In this document: in pieces, positions 1 through 13,165 of the stretch | How positions within the stretch are numbered: position 1 is the first letter of the stretch | Layout of the letters: each line of letters starts with the position of its first letter | The notes under the pieces: model-generated | Told to the model about the DNA's origin: nothing | Database searches by the model: none | The model's input: the letters and a program-made list of their open reading frames with translations, nothing else | Position numbers and translations under genes: made by a program | From: Phoronis australis | Taxonomy: Eukaryota > Animalia > Phoronida | Length of the DNA: 64,000 nucleotides | Direction: 5' to 3' | Assembly: GCA_002633005.1 (NCBI GenBank) | Contig: NMRA01000242.1 | Span: 124,001 to 188,000, forward strand

Positions 1-120
1 ATTGGTCGATTTCGTCAATATTATTAACGTCAGTCGTTATTAATCATCTGCTCTCGTCATCACCTTCGTCGTCTCTCTCACGATCGTATCTGTCATCGTC
101 ATGTTATCGTCGTCCATGTT

Positions 121-302
121 NNNNNNNNNNNNNNNNNNNNNNNNNNNNNNNNNNNNNNNNNNNNNNNNNNNNNNNNNNNNNNNNNNNNNNNNNNNNNNNN
201 NNNNNNNNNNNNNNNNNNNNNNNNNNNNNNNNNNNNNNNNNNNNNNNNNNNNNNNNNNNNNNNNNNNNNNNNNNNNNNNNNNNNNNNNNNNNNNNNNNNN
301 NN
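121..302. other. Assembly gap; single-N contig joins also at 43853, 49391 and 55899
   Basis: N runs visible in the sequence. Confidence 0.99.
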
Positions 303-657
303 TTTTCTTGGCCTTTTTCTGTGTGGTTTTTTGTCCTTTCAAAAGGCGGCAGCACATGACGACCATAGGTGTCATTAAAAAATGGCTGCCGAAAAGCAAT
401 GCACAGTTGAACAACTCGGCTTAAGTAAAAGAAAACGTTTGAATCAACGAATACTATATATTTGTGAGAGCTAAATCAAGTCCTATTCAGATCATAACTT
501 TGAAGTGGAATAATTGGGTGAGTAAGACAACAAGCCGGTTTTATGCTTAGGCGGACGACTATAGGGTTTCGGAGTGTACCTTGCAAGCGTAGAACAAGAT
601 GGATACCTTTGGATGCAGCTGGAGTCTTTAAATCCTTCCCACTTGAAAAAGCAGATC

Positions 658-745
658 AGAGGGGTGGACCTGTCTATTGGCTCACTTAATAGAGGGGTGG
701 ACCTGTCTATGGGCTCACTTAACAGAGGGGTGGACCTGTCTATTT
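658..745. repeat. 33-bp tandem repeat, about 3 copies
   Basis: agaggggtggacctgtctat at 658, 691 and 724. Confidence 0.85.
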
Positions 746-1303
746 TCTCACAGATTGACTCATCTTGGATCGGACCATTTTGATTTTTGCCGACCGACTC
801 TACCTTCCATCTCTACTTCTTGTAGTATTTTGAATGCATGCTTGGGTGTGGTGTGATGATTTTGTGAAAACCCGTGATTGTTACCAGGTTGCTAAATGAA
901 ATCTGAGGTCGCATTGACGACCTACCAAATTGAACACTGATTGTGAATCATTTTGTTGGATATTGCCAATTGTGCTCTTTTGAAAAGAATCCTGGACGCG
1001 TGAGGTCCGTTTTAATTGCATATGCTTGTCTTGTCACCTACCTTCAGTTGGCAAGTTTCTCATTTATGTGATGTGGACATGAAATGTTGTTCAACACTAG
1101 TTACAGCAAAATTATGTTCAAAGGGGTACAATGCCAGCAATGTGAGCAACGAATGGAGGTCTCCATTGTTGCTCACATACAAAATTCAATTAAATTGTGT
1201 CTTTCATTGTCTTCAATTTCCACAGTCATCAATGTTCAAAAATTAATATTTCCCTCATTTGAAATCCAAATTGTTTCAATAAAATCATGATTTTGTTGTT
1301 AAG

Positions 1304-4300
1304 GTGATGGTGCTTGGCTGGTAGCTCATAGGGCCGAACAGCGCAAACAGTTCAAAGCTGTTTTGTGTGCCAAACCTCTGAGGACGTACTCGAGATTACG
1401 TGAAGAGAGAAAGAAAGCAGAAAGAAAAGCAGCAAAGAAAAGCACTTTGGTGGAAGTAGATGATGAAGGGGAGGATGAGAATCAAACTCTGGATGGCTTT
1501 TATCTGGTAAACTGTTGAACAATTATCTGCTTAACTGTTGAACATTTATCTGGTAAACTGTTATGACTCAGAAATCAGAAATACATGATTTGTATTCATC
1601 AACTTATTTACTAATGTAATATTTACAATGAGGGTATCCCCATTAGATCACACTGCTTTCCATGTAATGGGCTCCCTCAATTATGAATGAATCATGTTCA
1701 GTCATATAACATGATTTTATTAAGATATGCACTTGAGGATCTTAACATGTGTGCATCACATGACACCAATTTTGAAAGGTGATCTTTTACATAATAGGAT
1801 TATTAGTGCAGTGAGTTCCAAATTTTGCTGTCTTATGCAATGAAATGAATAGAGTTGGGTGATTATTTCTGCCCGTAGTTTGTATATTGGCAAAAATGAT
1901 CATCTTCCTTGAGCATATAGACATACATACATACAAACATACATACGTACGAACATACATACGTACAAACATACATACGTACATATGGACATGGCATTAA
2001 TGTTATTGTTGTTTGGTAAGCTGCTTTTTAATGTCAGTCATGTTAAGAAAGTTAGCCTTCCTTTGTAGATGAAGCAGTGCTGTGTTGAAGATCCGTCAGA
2101 CCTGTGCTCAATCAACATTTGTGGAAAAGGCCTGAGTGAAGTGAAGGAGGAGGATTTTGTCCTCTTTGACAATGTGGCTTATGTCAACGCAGGCGAAAAC
2201 TTTCTTCCTCTAGGTAGGCATTCTGTGTTCTATAGGGAGGGAAATAGTTAAGTTTTCAACATATTTAATACAACTTTCACTATTATGTTTTTAGTGTTCC
2301 ACTCTTTCTTCTAAGTTCTACGCTTGGAGCTACAGTGTGCATCCTGCTTGTTTGTTTTAAAAACAATGTGGATTTATTCATAATTCATTTGTTCTATTTG
2401 CAGAGGCATTTCGGGGATTCCCTCTTTTGAGAGAATTAGAGCTTCCGCTCAACGGTTTGAGGAATATATATTGTGAGCCTGGATGGTTTTCAAATTTAGA
2501 GGTACTTCTAAATTTTCTTTCATCTTGTTTTAAAAACTGTTCTGAAATTCAGCTGAGAATACATCTTTAGGGATCATAGCAATCTTATCAGTGGGCTTTA
2601 ATGTGTATGCAGGACTTCAATCCATTTCATTCTGAATTCCCCTAGGGAGTTATACCACTCAATTTGACTTCCATCAAATATAAAATAACAGAGATGATAT
2701 GGGCAAATGAGAGTTTTAAAGTTGTCTTTATATTTAACGGTGACTTTGTTTGGCGTGCAGATCTGCAGTTCCCATAGCATTTAGATAATTTGTTTTTAAA
2801 ATGCCACGTCTATACTATTTTGTCATATCTTTGTCTAGGTCATTATTTATCTTAGAAGTGGACATGAAGAACTGTCATGCTCCACAGTTTGTGCATGACC
2901 ACCACACATACAGGTGGCTTGCACAGCTCACTGTAAACCAGCTGTTCACCCCAGACACCCTTGACTAGTCACATGTTCTAAAAAACATACTGGTCAACTG
3001 TGTCAAGGCGTTTTTTCATCAATAGTCACCTGTTGTAATGTGTAACAACCCAATTAACGTTACCATTGTGGTCCACTCAGGTTACTTGAAGTTCGGTCTT
3101 CTGGGACCTTGTGCACATGGTTTAGTAAATCAAATTAAATTTGTTTTTAGTTGCTGAATTAAAATGTGTTCATTTAGTTTTGAAAAACTTTTGAAAATGA
3201 AGTAAACTTGATTTTTGTTTGTAGATGTTGGACTTGTCATATAATAACCTATCGTTGGATGATATTAACATGCTGGGACTGTTCCCTAGTCTGAGGGTTC
3301 TTCATCTTACGGGAAACAACCTGAAGGCATTACCAGCAGACTTGTCACGGACCACCACAACTGAGAGGTACGTCATAAGGCAGGAATAGTCTGAACTGGA
3401 ATCAATGTTAAACAATGGTTTCAGTTCCCATCTTTGATATTTTGAAGGACACGTGTATTATATAAAAACATATTTTTACAGCTTCTCCTAAGAAGTCTAC
3501 TCAATATCAATATCAATTTTTCCATTGCTTCTATAAAATTCTGTTTTCAATGTAAAAAGTTGTCTTTACCTGAACATTTGTTTATGCTGTAAACTTGGAT
3601 TACATTTAACTGTAGTCACAAAACGATCACAACTATATCCCATACGCATTGAATCCGTCGAGGGAAATACGGCCATGTAATAAAGTTTTCCGTATTCACC
3701 TCCCGCACTACTTCAACAGTGACCTCTGACATGGAAAGTTCAAAAGGTAGGTCATTGTCGACTTGACGTCGTTAGTCGGTTTGATCACCAAACTTTCGGA
3801 AAATAGTTTAAAGTAATACGATTATAGCAGTGTAAATAACGATTAACATACAATCAGGTCTGAATCGTAACATCTGGAACAGGACTGTTAATTATATGAC
3901 AGTTCTGTCTCAGTTTTTATTTGCTAAATATTTTATCGTCTGCAACTCGGGCGCCAATTCCTTGGTAACTACAATATCAGATATTGTTGTCATTTAACTA
4001 TTTTCAGGAGATGTTACAAGTTCAATGAAAAGTTACCCTTGGTTTCATCTCTGTTATCACATTTAAAACTGTTTCCTTTACATGAGAAAACTTGCAACCT
4101 AATGCCCAAGTACATACATATAGGATGTGATCCTCCATGTGAACAGTCTGAATGAAGTATTTAAAAAATCTGCGGAAAAAATTAAAGAAACTTAGGAATT
4201 CAAAGCGTATGGGATAAATACAAAACGTACCTTGATTGGCGTACATGAAGTAATATCCCACTCGACATTATTCCGCATATCGATCTTGACTTTTGGTCTC

Positions 4301-7300
4301 AGTCGATACGCGTAATAATGTCTGGTGGGATATTACTTCATGTACGCCACTCTCGGTACGTTTTTTGTCAATGAAATCTGTCTATTTGTACATATTTGTA
4401 ATTACCTCATGTGTGATATGTGTCAAACATATTTTGCAGTGGAGAAAAGCTTCAAAAATTTGCAAAGTTGGAAATGTTAATGCTTGATGATAATAGACTG
4501 TGTGAGGAGACTGCGTTTGCTGCGTTGGCAGGACTGAGAAACTTGAAACATCTCAACTTACAGCACAATCAAATCTGTGCTGTGCCACAGCTGAGACTAG
4601 TTGACAATCAACATGTTCAACAGGAGAGCCCTGTGCTGCCGCGTAAAAAGGGGCGAAAATCAGCATCTGGTCGACGGTCCAGTCGTAACAGCTCTGCAGC
4701 GTCAAGACCAGATAAAACAGTGCCTGAAATAGATGTGTCAAATATTGAACCAGTTGTGGACACAAGACTGCAGCATCTGGACAAGCAGAGTGCTGATGTC
4801 ACTGGTCTGGCTGATGCACATCATGAGTTGGACACAGACCGGAACTTGTTGACGGAGAGAACACGACAGAAGAGGGAGGAGCAAGATGCCCTCATGATGG
4901 ATAGTGAGTTAAGGGACCGTCTCACAAATTCATGGTTGTCACCCTATTTTTTCTGCTGGGAACATTAACTAAATACTAATAAAATGAAGTTTTGTTTAGT
5001 CAAGTACAATGAAAAGAAATTAGTTTGTGTGTGTTGGAGCTAGTTTGGATTCCACCTTCCATTATCAAGTGAATTTATTTTTGTGATTTTCATCAGCAGT
5101 GAATTGAAAATGCAGTTTTCACCTGTCTGGGAAAAATGTGAGTAGTATCTGTGTGTTAGTCTGTCACAGTCACACAGTGCCAGACATTCAAAAAACGTGC
5201 AAGACATACAAACAACATTTTGCTAGACATTGAAAGACATCTTGGGCCAGTTTTACCAGAGATTGTAAACCCTGTCATAGCTAAGATGGTTTCAAGCACA
5301 TTACAAACACAATGCTACATTTTTTAAAGATAAAAAAGTATTGCAACTGACCTAAAGAGGCACCAGGTGAGTTTGTTCTATCTGCTCACCTGTTTCCTTC
5401 TACGGAACTTGCATAGTTTCCATGGAATTCTAACCGTAATGACACCACTACAGGACACTCTTCCCTAACTTTCAGGTTTTCGCTCTCTCCAATTGGAGGA
5501 CCCTGGTGTCTCACTCATTGACAGCACTCGCCCAGCAGGTGATACACTTGAAGAGGAGGCTCCAGATGACCTAGGTGATATAGATGACCCCCTGCCCCCG
5601 CCATTTCCTGAACTGAGGTATCTGGACCTGTCTCACAACCAGGTGTGTTGAATTACTGATTTACTAAGTGAAAGCAGGTCAAGTACTTTTAAGCTATATT
5701 AAAGCATGCAGATGTGTGTGTGTGTGTATCTTGTTATGTATCTTACACCTATAAAACGATTTCCTATACTTGTTATAAACAGTATGTTTAATTATTAAAG
5801 CTTACACGTAGGAGATGTAAAGTGTCCTCCACACACAGAATTCCCTTAGAACAAGTTAATCCTAAAGTACTGCAACTTACTCCATAACTGATGTGGAGTA
5901 ACTTGTTCTAGGGTAACTTGCGCCACTTGTAATCACTTTGTGGCTGCAAAAGTGGGATAGGGTGGAGGTAAGTAAAAGCTACGGTTACATGTACGGAAGG
6001 GTTTCTTTTGCTTGCCATACTCGCATTAGGTCTTTATTGTCACGCACAAAGTAACAACTTCCACCTTACTCTTGTTATCGGATACGTGTGTATGTACGCT
6101 TGAAAGTGAGGTATGTTAGACTTGTGCAAGTTGTTATAGCTATAATGTAGAGTGCGCTTGTACATTACTGGTGACTTGCAGATCTCATTGGAGGAAGACT
6201 TATTGGCTGTAGCAGCTTGGCCGATGTTGTGTGAGTTGGTCATTCATGACAACCCCTTGACCACACAAAGGAAGGGCGATCCTCCACTTTTGACAAGGTT
6301 CCTCAACAAGCGGCTGGGAATCAAACTGCAAAGGAAGAAGCCAACGTACTCTAAGCCTCATATTGAGGTGCCGAAAGGGAAACCCAACAGAGAGGTAATC
6401 ATGTATTGAGGAACACAATTAGTTAAAATACTGCGCATGTGAAAAACATGTCAGTCACAATTAGTGAAAACACTGCACAGGTGAAATACTTGAAAGTCAC
6501 AATTAGTGGAAAGTCTTGTTCTCTACAGGTGTAAAAAATAATGCGGCCATCACAACAGAGAAGTGGGGTAGTATACGTTATGTAACAAATTAACTGATCC
6601 AGCAGCAAAGTCCTCAAGCCATGACTATCTGTTGTTCTAAGTATGTTATCAGCTTCACCACCAAGCTCCCTGAACGTGAATGAAACTATCTATCAGGTTG
6701 CCTTCCAGCCTGCATAGATCTTTCATTGAAGCTTAACATGAGATTCGGTCGGATAAAGCTTGCTCCAATGTTCAATGATTTTCAAAACACAGGTGAAGTT
6801 GGTGGTGCCTCCCATTCCAAAAGTGAACGTCGATGAACTATTGATGCTTGAAGCGCCACCTGCACCTACTCCTGTTGAAGACAAGCGTCCATCCAGCGGC
6901 CAGTCCCTGGCCTCCGAGACTGACCCGCTACCTCCCATCAAGACTCAGGAAGGGGTCGATTATGCGGCAGACATGGCTGGCGATAACACACAGACAGACA
7001 AGTCAGAGGAGAATGGAGACACGTTCTTCATGACGCAGGTGGGCTATGCCAGTAACATATGACATGTTTATCTTTTTATAGGGGCCTTACATCAGCACGT
7101 CTGAATAATTTGATCTGAAACACAATTCTAAATTAGTCTTGTGGAAATGATATGACATGTGTTTCACGGTTACTAATTGAATTAGAGAAATGAATTGCAA
7201 TCGAAACTTATCCTTATTTTTAAGATATAGTGCTCTTTTTGTGTTTGTTTTGTTACTTCATAAAAAATATGTTTAGAATAATAAAGGTATAATTGACATG

Positions 7301-10300
7301 CACAGACACACAAAACACAAACACCCCGAATTAAAACAAATCACTCCTTTTCGTACACTTCATTGCGTGAGCTAGCACTGACTTCCATTTTATTAAAACT
7401 CTATTTCGCCCTCATGTTTAACTGACTAAAAATTCGAAATCAAATTATGGCTTTTCTCTCCTAAACTTGGGATTATAGTACTCTTTACTGTGATATTATA
7501 GTACTCCTTACTGTGATATCATAGTACTCCTTACTGCGATATCATACTTCTCCTTACTGTGATATCATAGTACTCCTTACTGTGATATCATAGTACTCCT
7601 TACTGTGATATCATAGTACTCCTTACTGTGATATAGTACTCTTTACTGTGATATCATAGTACTCCTTACTGTGATATCATAGTATTCTTTACTGTGATAT
7701 CATAGTACTGCTTACTGTGATATCATAGTACTGCTTACTGTGATATCATAGTATTCCTTACTGTGATATGGTACCATTTCCATCAGCAACTGTTAGAGTT
7801 CATTGGTGTTGGCCAACCCTAAAATTGTAATGAAAATGAAATCCTGTCACAGTAAGGAATATTATGAGACTAATTTTATGCCAATACTAGGGCGAGTAAA
7901 TAGGCGGGATATGCAGCTTTAATATTTGTAGCTCTTCGTGACTCTTGGTGAACTTTTTAAACTTAGATTGATGAGCAACATACTGAACATCGCATGCCCA
8001 GCCATCAGCCAATCACAACAGACGAGCGCATACCTACACCTCCACAGACTGAGAAACCAGCCGAGACACGAACGCGTCGCAAGAAGGTTGCCGAAAAGTA
8101 CAAGGGCTACGAACTGTTGTTGGATGTAGAAGATGACCCAGGAATAGTGGTACCCACTGGTAAGCTTGAGTTTGGAAACGTTGTGTCTGGGCTTTTAAAC
8201 TCACTGAACATTGAGCTATACATGATTCAATAACTTACTAATTGTTTTCAGTTATCCAGACTGTTAATTTGTCATGGAAAGACATGCAGGACTCGGAAGT
8301 CTTATCTGAGATGCAAGTTATGCATCATGTGAGGATTATCACATATTTCTGACTTCTCTCTACTCATTAACAGTACAACCACGTGTTAATGTGTATTTTT
8401 TCTCTCAAAACAGATAATTTGTTATGTAGACTATTATGCCAGATATTGTTAAATTGAATTTGTGGAAGGTAGCTGTAACTTGTATTGGATCTTGTTGTTC
8501 AGTGTGTAGATGTATTTTCTTCCATTCAGACATCCAGGGCAATGTGAGGGCACTGGACTATACGTTAAAGCATCCAATCAAATTCCGGGAAAATGAGGTG
8601 GTGCTGGACCGACATCAGAAGCCATACAAACCGTTTGTAATGAAGCAGGTCAGTGAAAGGTTACAGGTCAAAGTGTCAGTGCAGAAGTGTTTGAGCTTGC
8701 CATAGCTTAGTCTGGTTTGTTTTGATTAAAGGCGAAGGCAACCTTTTTTCATGTCATTTTTAGCAAAAATAAGGTTTGTTGGTTATCCTAGACATATTTT
8801 CCACTTAATTACAGCTTTTCGTAATTTAATTAATTATTCATTCTCTACTCCGGAAGTGACGTTTTGGGAGGCAAGAATTTCGCGCCAATTTCTTTTCATA
8901 AAGTCTGACTATGAGAGCTGTTGAGTCAGTCATTGATCTACCTCAGTCGTCGTTTGCTTTTGTTTACGAGTCAGTCAACATGCCACACTGTTGCTGCGTA
9001 CCGGAATGTACTCATTGTGGCCCAAAGCCTGTAAGCAGCCCTGCTGCGATGTTGAGTAGTGGGAGTAAATACAGGCCCAGTGAAGAGTACAGTTCGTCGT
9101 TCAATGAACAGGTTGGTGAGCCAAACTTTGATAAGTTTATTGCGACTTGTCCAAAGTATTGGAGCTATTTAAAAGATGCTAGGTGTGTGGCGAGGGAGTC
9201 ACATGGCGGGGTGTAAACAGTTTGTGTGCTCAGGTCACTATACAGTGGGAGTGTGTCGCTTGACACTCGGGCAAGTGGGACAGTTGTTCCTCTGTCCGTG
9301 AGATGATAATGAGTACATCCCGGTACGCGATAACAGTGTGGCATGTTGACTGACTCGTAAACAAAAGCAAACAATGACCGAACTTATCACAACCGAGATA
9401 GAACAATGACTGACTTGGCAGTTTTCACAGTCAGACTGTATGAAAAAAAATTGGCGCGAAATTCTTGCCTCCCAAAACGTCACTTCCGGAGTAGAGAACG
9501 AATAATTAATTAAATTACAAAAAGCTGTAATTAAGTGGAAAATATGTCTGAGATAACCAACGAACCTTATTTTTGCTAAAAAAGACATGAAAAAGGTTGT
9601 CTTCGCCTTTAAGATATATCACACATGATGTCCTATAATGCCTGTAGTATGATATTTGAGTCTTAGGAATTCACTTTATTTGAAACAGGCTCCCGCTACC
9701 TAGAGGCCTCAGTCATGACAGTATGTCAACATATTCACAAACTTTACAATCAGTACTATCTCGCATAATCTTGAATTGACCCCAGTCTATATAGGTTACA
9801 TAGACTTATACAATTCTAAGTTGTTCTAAGTTAAAAATGACATATGTCGAGACTAGATAAAATTAGAAAATCTGGTAAAAATATTTATTAAAAATCTCTA
9901 GGTCTCGAGTTTTAATGGGTGATTACCTGACGAAGTGCCACTCCCATTAAGGCTCAAAAGTTAGTGTTCAGTAGTTTTACACAAAAGACAGTTGTCACCA
10001 TGTCAGTTGTCACGGCATGACTTGCTCCACTGTAGTCGCATTTACATGACATTAGATCACAAACTGGATCATCATGAGTCACTTACACTATGACTGTCTC
10101 CGCATGCTCTCATGAACATTAGCAAACGTCCAAATCATGTGGAATGCCCGCAAATCACCCGTATATAGACTGTTGCTCAAGCGCATTGAAAGATGATCCC
10201 TTTCTGCCCTGCCCCAGTTGTGTTTAGACGTGTAGTTGAAACCGGAGTAACTGATCGAGTGCAACTGGTTCTACATCTCAAACCGGTGCCAAAAATGGCC

Positions 10301-13165
10301 GCCACGGTGTCAGCTTTCTCTTTGTCGTTTGTATTTACACGCACACACACCAGCTGTTCACTTTTATTCCTCTGTGACAGCTGTCTCTTGTGTAAATGCA
10401 ACTTTTGTTGATAAATATTTTAATTGGATTTTAAAGTGTTTTACCTGTTTCTACACTGTCTAAGATGTTCTGAGTAACTCTGACTTCTTGTGTGTTACTG
10501 AAACTTAAGCAGCAGTTGCAGTCATTTTAAAACTGCTGACGTTCTTATACTCTCTCAGCATGGTCAAGGCCCTGTACCTTCCATCAAGACACAACAGGAC
10601 AAGGTTGACAATGTGGTCCAGAATGCTAAGAACCGTCAGACATACCAAGAATGTGACCTGACCACAGTTCTCTGTCCTAACTCCACTGACAAGGTTAAGC
10701 AGGACTTCCCTGATGGCAAAACTCTGTTAACACAGGTGAGCAGTCGGTTGTTGCTTCTTAATATGTCAATCTCTGGGCAGGTTCTCTCTTCCTTTCTTTT
10801 CTTTTCAATTAATTACTGGTTGAAAGCACCTGTGAACACCATTTCTCCCTGAAAACCAACCATGGTGACTGATTAGTGGCATATCTGTGACACCCATATT
10901 CACTGCCGACAGTCTGTTAATTTATCACTGACATATTGTGTTTATTGTTGCTTCATCATGCACTAAGCTGAATAGTTGCCACTCCAGTTGTCTACTGAAT
11001 AGTTGCCACTACAGTTGTATACTAAATAGTTGCCACTACAGTTGTCTACTGAGTAGTTGTCACTAGAGTTGTCTACGGAATAGTTGCCACTACAGTTGTC
11101 TGCTGAATAGTTACCAATCCAGTTGTCTACTGAATAGTTGCCGCTATGGTTGTCTACTGAATAGTTCCCATTCCAGTTGTCTGCTGACTAGTTTCCACTA
11201 CAGTTGTCTGCCCCTACCTCCTGTCTTGGGTCATGCTCAATAGTCCATTTTATCAAAGGTCATTCACCCAGACGTATCTAAGGCATTCTCTGTTAGACAT
11301 GATATTGCAAACACAACATTACTCTGTGTTTTTATGAGCATTTTAAAGTGATTAATTTAATGTCATTGCCATGGCCAAAACAGAGTAGACGTGTGCTAGC
11401 AAGTAATGAACAAGTACTCTAATACCATTAGTCAGTATTCTGATTCTAAAGGTATTGTTCTCAGAGCCAAAAGTCGAAGTGGGCAAATACAAGGTGAATA
11501 CAGTAAAAACAGAAAATGCACCTAATGACCTGATAAGTGCACCAACTGTCCGCAAAGTTTGGTATTGAAATTTGCATTTGTGTGTGCTAATCATGCACCT
11601 CAAGCTCAAATTTATTGTTTGTGCCAAGTTGTCTTTGACCTATTTAATCTGATTGGATGATTGGATTGCTTCAAAACTAAAACCAATTGGCATGTAGCAT
11701 TTCGAACAGTACACTTTTAATGCTGCTAGAGAAGTAGCATTCTGAAAATCAAATGACCTTTACACGTGTTGACCTCTTCCAGTGTATTGTGGAATATGAA
11801 AATATAATTTTGCATATTACAAAATAACATTTCAAGTACTTACCTTGAGTCCTTTTGGATTTTTTTATCCACAAATTTTAAAGAATAATTGCTGGTGGTC
11901 TGGTACTCGTTACATCAGACATGCATAGGCCTCTCAGGTGGGCCCATTACACTGATCACCCGAAAAACATTTTTTTGCTTAATTGATATGTAATCAATGC
12001 CGAGCTGAGGAGCTGGAGACCTGTCTCGAGGGTCTAGCAGTGTGCTTCAGTAAGACTGGAACCCACGATGTTGAGAAAGGGAAGCGTACACTTATGCCAC
12101 TAGGCCACACTGTCTCCTCTATTTGCAAATTTGGTCATCGGAAGAATAATTGTAACATGAATAAAAAGAAGAAAAACCAAGACCAACTAACAGTATTGTG
12201 CACTTTCATGCGCAGAGCAACTAATGTAAGTTCAACCAAATTCTAAATTCCCTCTTCTGTATGTTCAGTGTCAAAAAGGATTTTCTTCACAAGCAAACAT
12301 GAAAAACCTGTTATGAAGCAGCAATAAACTGTCGCTTGTTCTCAAACTTAGAAATGATTTCTTGTCTCCGCTAGGAAAGATGAGACCAATTTTATTATAG
12401 CATAAATCAAAAGTTGTTTTTGACACACATAGATAATCCCCTGTAGTTAACTAAGAGGCGAGTTAAAACTTTGAGTTTTAGGAATGGGTGGGTCTGTAAC
12501 TTTAATGAGCACAATGGATATAGATACCATATCTTTTAGGTATGAGTGGGTCTGTAACTTTAATGAGCACAATGGATATAGATACCATATCTTTTAGGTA
12601 TGAGTGGGTCTGTAACTTTAATGAGCACAATGGATATAGATACCATATCTTTCCCATTTTGGACTATTGGATTGCAACTGTTCAGTGCTCCAAGATAGGT
12701 TCAAGCATAATTGCAACATGTTAATATTTCAAAATATGAAAAATAGTGTTCATGGGACCTTTAATCGCATGCATTTCTTTTTCAATCTGCTCTATACTTA
12801 CACTGAGCAGAGATAATTTAGAAATAGTTCCAATTTATTCGATAGCAATCTTGCTACCGACTCTCCCTCTTTGTCTCCTTTTCTTTCTGTTTGTGTCTGC
12901 ACTGTGTTTCCCTTTCTGCACACTCTCTGTCTCACAGGTTCAAATGGAGTTTAACATTGTGCGTGTGTTGCGGGCAGAAATGAAAGCTTATCTCGCAGTT
13001 CACGATGACCCAGCCGACAAGCAGGTTCAGAATTCTGTGACTGAGCTTCAGAACTGTCTACCATTGATCATACGCGATGCAGTTATTACTCGCTCTAAAC
13101 AGGCCAGAAACCCTCGGGACAAAGGTGATAGAGTCAAGTTGACTTTTCGACAGTTTAGGGACTAA
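1304..13165 (+). CDS. XRRA1: X-ray radiation resistance-associated protein 1 (LRR protein), spliced. Exons: 1304-1506, 2069-2213, 2404-2501, 3225-3367, 4440-4903, 5476-5642, 6182-6394, 6793-7038, 7967-8159, 8530-8648, 10559-10735, 12938-13165 (TAA). N-terminal exon not found.
   Basis: All listed exons have AG/GT boundaries with consistent phases, giving about 798 codons. Peptides match recalled XRRA1 blocks: GDGAWLV, CVEDPSDLCSINI, VNAGENFLPLEAF, LDLSYNNL, LRVLHLTGN, LEMLMLDDNRL..FAALAGLR, PPFPELRYLDLSHN, LCELVIHDNPL..GDPPLL..FL..RLGI, FFMTQ, KYKGYELLL, IQGNVRAL..LKHP. Confidence 0.9.
7475..7770. repeat. 23-bp minisatellite
   Basis: (atagtactccttactgtgatatc)n. Confidence 0.9.
8730..9608. mobile_element. 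TTAA-flanked foldback/MITE (Kolobok-like AGG...CCT ends) with about 290-bp inverted arms, each carrying a THAP-like N-terminus
   Basis: TTAA at 8726-8729 and 9609-9612. Arms 8730-~9016 and ~9309-9608 are near-identical reverse complements. ATG CCA CAC TGT.. gives MPHCCCVPECTH on + and MPHCYRVPGCTH on -. Confidence 0.8.
9973..10403. mobile_element. Harbinger-like MITE family, copy 1
   Basis: TIR-like ends tttacacaaaagacagttgtcac / gtgacagctgtctcttgtgtaaa; homologous throughout to 47307-47734. Confidence 0.65.
10969..11210. repeat. 27-bp minisatellite
   Basis: (tgaatagttgccactacagttgtctac)n, degenerate. Confidence 0.9.
12476..12652. repeat. 58-bp tandem repeat, 3 copies
   Basis: gtgggtctgtaactttaatgagcacaatggatatagataccatatct repeated. 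Confidence 0.9.

Noticed and set aside
40-424. ORFs spanning the N gap
   Set aside because: Artefacts of translating Ns.
880-898. RFX X-box-like half-sites (gttacc, gttgcta) upstream of the XRRA1 exons
   Set aside because: No full palindromic match, and the true first exon and TSS were not located.
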